64,000 nucleotides of DNA, from positions 2,176,001 to 2,240,000 of the forward strand of contig CAVSHF010000003.1 in NCBI GenBank assembly GCA_963727805.1, written 5' to 3'. A program made the translations under genes and the position numbers. Shown one piece after another: positions 60,379 to 64,000 of the stretch. The notes beneath the pieces are model-generated. The model searched no databases. It had not been told where the DNA came from and was given only the letters and a program-made list of their open reading frames with translations. How positions within the stretch are numbered: the first letter of the stretch is position 1; every line of letters starts with the position of its first letter. This stretch comes from an uncultured Nitrospiraceae bacterium. Lineage in GTDB: Bacteria; Nitrospirota; Thermodesulfovibrionia; Thermodesulfovibrionales; Dissulfurispiraceae.

Positions 60379-60738
60379 TTAAAAGAACTTCTCTTCAATA
60401 ACGACATTGACGTCTCTCAGTCTTTTGTAATCCTCTTTAAGCCTTGCATTTGCTATACTGGTGTCGACTTTTGCCTCGTCTGTGGACGCACCAACCGAAC
60501 TTAACATATAAACCTTTGCTACCTTTCGATCGTCACTCCCAACTTTAAAGGTAAAAAGGGCCGAAAGAAGAACCATATCCAATTCATCTTTGCCCTCCTC
60601 ACTATGCCCTGGATGAGCCTTCTGCGCAACAAACTGTTTTTGAAGGTCAACGGATGCATTAAATTTTGCACCCGATTTTGCGAATACAATAAAATCCTCC
60701 AGTCTTCCAAATCCAGTAAGTTCCGACGGTGTTGCCAT
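60379..60738 (-). CDS. Hypothetical protein (119 aa)
   Basis: AAGGAGG RBS before ATG 60738; natural composition. Confidence 0.75.
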   Translation of the reverse strand: MATPSELTGFGRLEDFIVFAKSGAKFNASVDLQKQFVAQKAHPGHSEEGKDELDMVLLSALFTFKVGSDDRKVAKVYMLSSVGASTDEAKVDTSIANARLKEDYKRLRDVNVVIEEKFF

Positions 60739-61132
60739 ATTGACCTCCTTATATGAGTCCTGCATTTTAATATGGTCTTCCTTTTTGAAATATACACATT
60801 TTTGTCACACTTGCAAACTTACTGGTGATATATCATACTTGTGTTACGCAGCAGTTTTTTACGCGAACATGGCAAATAATCATGAAAAGCTTAGGGCAAC
60901 AAGCTTCAAGCACTGGGGAAAAGATGATCATACTACTCCCTATCACATCTGCTGGCATAAGCAATACTCTCCCGTAGCTGCCATGACCAACGATATACCG
61001 ACTTGCATATATTATCTTTTTTGTTCCCGATCTGCAGTCTCCTTTTTCTGGAATCAGTAGTGAAGAAAATTACTTCTTGTCGTAAAAGAATACGATGGTC
61101 AATTTCACTGAAACATGTGTATTATTGAAGTA

Positions 61133-61783
61133 ATGAAATACAATGTCGACATTCATGTCCACTCATGGGCAAGTGGAGACTCCGAAGCAGACCCTGAAGA
61201 ATCGATTCTCCAGGCGATAAAGATTCGACTTCATGGAATCGCTTTCACTGAACATTACTCATATGAGTCTTCGGAGCCAGTTGAGATGTTGCGTGAAAGG
61301 TACAAGAATGAAATACTGGTATTCCGTGGTGTTGAGTTTTCAGCCGCTGAAGGGCATTGTCTTATATTTGGAGTGAATACGGACAAATTTCTTTCAAAGC
61401 ATATGTCCATCACAGAAATTCTATCGGTCGTGAATCAGTACGGAGGCGTTGTCATCCCCTCTCATCCTTTTCGAGGGATTAACAGCCTTGGTGACACCAT
61501 AAGAGGAATAAATGGCATATGCGCCATCGAAGGCCACAATGGCTATAATCTTCATTCTTTTAATATGAAGGCTGTTCAAGCCGCGACAGCATTACGACTT
61601 CCTTTTACGGGAGGATCGGATGCGCATGACTCCCATGATGTGGGGTTGTGTTATACGGAATTCTCTGATCGAATGACTCAGGACAATTTTATCGACCTCC
61701 TGAAAGCGGGGAATTACCGTGGAGTGGATGCGAGAATTATAAGTAAAGTGTCATTCCTCAATCTGAAGGATAGCAGACATTAA
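61133..61783 (+). CDS. PHP-domain phosphoesterase
   Basis: DIHVHS, FTEH, GVE, GH, HPF, GGSDAH. Confidence 0.9.
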   Translation: MKYNVDIHVHSWASGDSEADPEESILQAIKIRLHGIAFTEHYSYESSEPVEMLRERYKNEILVFRGVEFSAAEGHCLIFGVNTDKFLSKHMSITEILSVVNQYGGVVIPSHPFRGINSLGDTIRGINGICAIEGHNGYNLHSFNMKAVQAATALRLPFTGGSDAHDSHDVGLCYTEFSDRMTQDNFIDLLKAGNYRGVDARIISKVSFLNLKDSRH

Positions 61784-61839
61784 GCTTTGACATTTTGTTT
61801 GGCAACATTGATCACTAATACCACAGTAAGGAGAAAGCT

Positions 61840-62415
61840 ATGTTCAGGAAAATCATCATTACCATGACCATCTGCCTGCTTCTCGGCGGAATAGCAAGTG
61901 CCTCAGGGGAAACACAAAAAAATCCGGTGGTGCTCATGAAAACGTCTCTCGGGAACATCAAAATCGAACTCTTCCAGAAAAAGGCTCCGATCACTGTGCA
62001 AAACTTTCTTTTTTATGTTAAGGATGGTTTTTATCGCGACACCATCTTTCACCGGGTAATCTCCGGCTTCATGATCCAGGGGGGCGGCTTTACAGCCGAT
62101 TTAAAAATAAAACGCACTAGCCCGCCGATCAAAAATGAGTCGTCTAATGGCCTAAAGAACGACCGGGGGACCATCGCTATGGCCCGCACCGCCAACCCCG
62201 ACAGTGCAACCTCCCAGTTCTTCATCAATGTGGCGAATAATGATAGTCTCAACCGGCCGCTCCCCGATGGTTACGGCTATGCGGTGTTCGGCAGGGTAAT
62301 TGAGGGGATGGATGTCGTGAGCAAGATAGCGGCGGTCAAGACGGGGATGCGGATGGACTTCCAGGATGTGCCTCAGACGTCTGTTGTTATCAAGTCTATA
62401 GATATCGTCGAGTAA
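61840..62415 (+). CDS. ppiA: Periplasmic cyclophilin-type peptidyl-prolyl isomerase
   Basis: Signal peptide; [34 protein letters not shown]. Confidence 0.92.
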   Translation: MFRKIIITMTICLLLGGIASASGETQKNPVVLMKTSLGNIKIELFQKKAPITVQNFLFYVKDGFYRDTIFHRVISGFMIQGGGFTADLKIKRTSPPIKNESSNGLKNDRGTIAMARTANPDSATSQFFINVANNDSLNRPLPDGYGYAVFGRVIEGMDVVSKIAAVKTGMRMDFQDVPQTSVVIKSIDIVE

Positions 62416-62424
62416 TCACCTTTC

Positions 62425-63036
62425 TTGGTAATCCTCGCACCTGATATACTTACTCGGTGGTTGGATTTCAATTGGGTAGAAATGATGCAAATAGTGCAAC
62501 CTATGATACCCGTCGCGCTCGTGTTGCTTTCTTTTCTACTTGCCTCCGTAGGTTGGGGAGGTGCTCTGCTGGCCATAGCCACCTTTTTTTGGCCTTCCAG
62601 CGTGGCAAATATCAATGAAGACCAACATGCTGTCTCAGGCATCGCAGATAGATTCTATGTTTTTTTTGAACCTGTATTTGCACTATTGATGGCGACGGGA
62701 CTTTATAATGCGTGAGTTGAAGTTGGGGACTTCACTCCCCTCTGGATGACATCATATAGAAGGATCCTTTCGATCAAGCTTGTGCTCGTCGCAGTGCTCA
62801 CCATGCGATACATAACTCCCCCGCAGCATGGAAAAGATGACGCGGGATTTGCCATGAAATTTCTCCAGCGCACAAGGATTGAGGCATTAGTAGTCCTGGG
62901 CATACTACTCTGCGTTGCCCTGTTCTCCCATGAAATTCCCGGACGCCATGCTTCTCATGCGATGCACAACACTGGGCAAACCGCGGAACCGGACCATGCC
63001 ATGGGACACCAGATGCCCTACGGGCAAGGCATGTGA
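62425..63036 (+). pseudogene. copD: CopD-like copper resistance membrane protein, pseudogene
   Basis: Two same-frame ORFs separated by TGA 62713-62715 in TGLYNA*VEVG; TSYRRILSIKLVLV, IEA..LL..P and His/Met tail; no good start. Confidence 0.65.
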
Positions 63037-63056
63037 AAGGGCCGAATAAGCGACTA

Positions 63057-63986
63057 CTATTGAACCTCGATCATGAAATGCGTCACAATTACTTTGCCTC
63101 GGTGCTTCACTTCGCTGAAAATCTCATACACTCCCCTAGCCGGGAAACTCGTTTGGACTTTTATTTCAGGTCCAAATGAGGAGGGAACAGACATGTCGTG
63201 CATCATGTGATGTGCATGCATCCCGGCAGCCGACATTCCTGGCACTGAGCCATGTTCATGTATGAAGTTATTCAAGTCGGTCGAAATGATCGCGACATGC
63301 ATCGTTGCTGAGACATACGGTTCAAGATCTGTAACCGGCTGCCCTTTCTCTTTAACTAGGTACGTTAGTTCTACTTCTTTCTCTGGATGAATGATCTCGG
63401 GTATAGTATTTAATGTGACATCATAATCCCCAGATTTCTTCTGTCGCGAAAAGTCTTTGGTCAGCGCTGCCATTTTCGGGTCACCGGCAACATCGATCAC
63501 GAATCGTTTCGAAAATATTTGCCCTTTGACTGCGAAATCCACGCCGATAAGATACCGGCCGGCTTTTGGAAACGTATACCGCAACGGGAATTGCGCCGCC
63601 TTCTTCATTTCCGGTGTGATAGACCCAAAATCTTCCGGGTGAATGTGCGAAAAAATAGTGAAGTCTTCGCTCACGACTATAACATGAAGAATCCGGTCAT
63701 GAGTCGGTGTAATTTCCACTGCCGGATTCCCGTCAGTATCTTGAATGGAAACTGTCATAGTCGCCATGCTCCCTGCACTGATGCTCACCGGCTCCGTTCT
63801 TAGAGCTGCGACCACACCTTCTGCTTTCACCGTGGGTACCTGTAAATCCTGAGCATGGTGGGCGTAGATCTGATTGTGTCCCATTTCGCCTACTTCAGCA
63901 ACAGCCCAGTCTTGAGTCACAAATAGAATAAACGTCCCGACAAGAATTACTGCAAATTGAAGAGCAAGTAACTTTTCCTTGGGCAT
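63057..63986 (-). CDS. Secreted His/Met-rich heavy-metal-binding protein with two repeated Ig-like domains (start near window edge)
   Basis: N-terminal hydrophobic segment; LHVIVVSEDFTIFSHIHP / MHVAIISTDLNNFIHEH; FPKAGRY / FPARGVY; MHAHHMMH. Confidence 0.75.
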   Translation of the reverse strand: MPKEKLLALQFAVILVGTFILFVTQDWAVAEVGEMGHNQIYAHHAQDLQVPTVKAEGVVAALRTEPVSISAGSMATMTVSIQDTDGNPAVEITPTHDRILHVIVVSEDFTIFSHIHPEDFGSITPEMKKAAQFPLRYTFPKAGRYLIGVDFAVKGQIFSKRFVIDVAGDPKMAALTKDFSRQKKSGDYDVTLNTIPEIIHPEKEVELTYLVKEKGQPVTDLEPYVSATMHVAIISTDLNNFIHEHGSVPGMSAAGMHAHHMMHDMSVPSSFGPEIKVQTSFPARGVYEIFSEVKHRGKVIVTHFMIEVQ

Positions 63987-64000
63987 GTGAGATTCTCCCC

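Noticed and set aside
62713..62715. Third in-frame TGA as a possible selenocysteine codon
   Set aside because: Context (TGLYNA*V) corresponds to Trp rather than Cys in CopD-like proteins and the rest of the gene is eroded, so a TGG to TGA nonsense change is simpler
1..64000. tRNA (including tRNA-Sec), rRNA, CRISPR arrays, prophage or defence systems
   Set aside because: None recognised by eye; a tRNAscan-SE/Infernal run would be needed to exclude small RNAs

Overview
Bacterial chromosomal window from a Gram-negative (LPS-producing) anaerobe. Gene content and style suggest Nitrospirota (Thermodesulfovibrionia-like) or Desulfobacterota; this is inference only. From left to right: (i) a partial HD-hydrolase gene; (ii) an hdrA-flxDCBA electron-transfer operon in which both hdrA and flxD/mvhD are split in the ORF track by in-frame TGA codons at conserved Cys positions followed by hairpins (probable selenoproteins); hdrA is a tandem double-FAD form and no hdrBC is adjacent; (iii) housekeeping genes (purB, truB, lptD, folC, accD, trpA, trpB, divergent trpB2-trpF, queF); (iv) an LPS core/export cluster (msbA, four GT9, three GT4, a CgeB-like GT, two methyltransferases, a deacetylase, O-antigen ligase); (v) rnz-like/surE/pcm; (vi) galT-like-glgA-sensor kinase-response regulator-rlmD-like-suhB; (vii) hemY/hemH, an 8-Cys small protein and ubiX; (viii) a pair made of a 1393-aa PPDK-like dikinase that lacks the pyruvate-binding barrel and carries a ~890-aa unknown N-terminal domain, plus an atypical long GAPDH-like enzyme, which is the best candidate for an undescribed system; (ix) an accessory tail with a YeiH-type exporter and 4-Cys partner, a transposase remnant, an unannotated zinc-ribbon gene, a PHP protein, a cyclophilin, a copD-like pseudogene and a His/Met-rich metal-binding protein. 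No rRNA, tRNA or CRISPR array was recognised. All family assignments come from motif recognition by eye, not from database searches.
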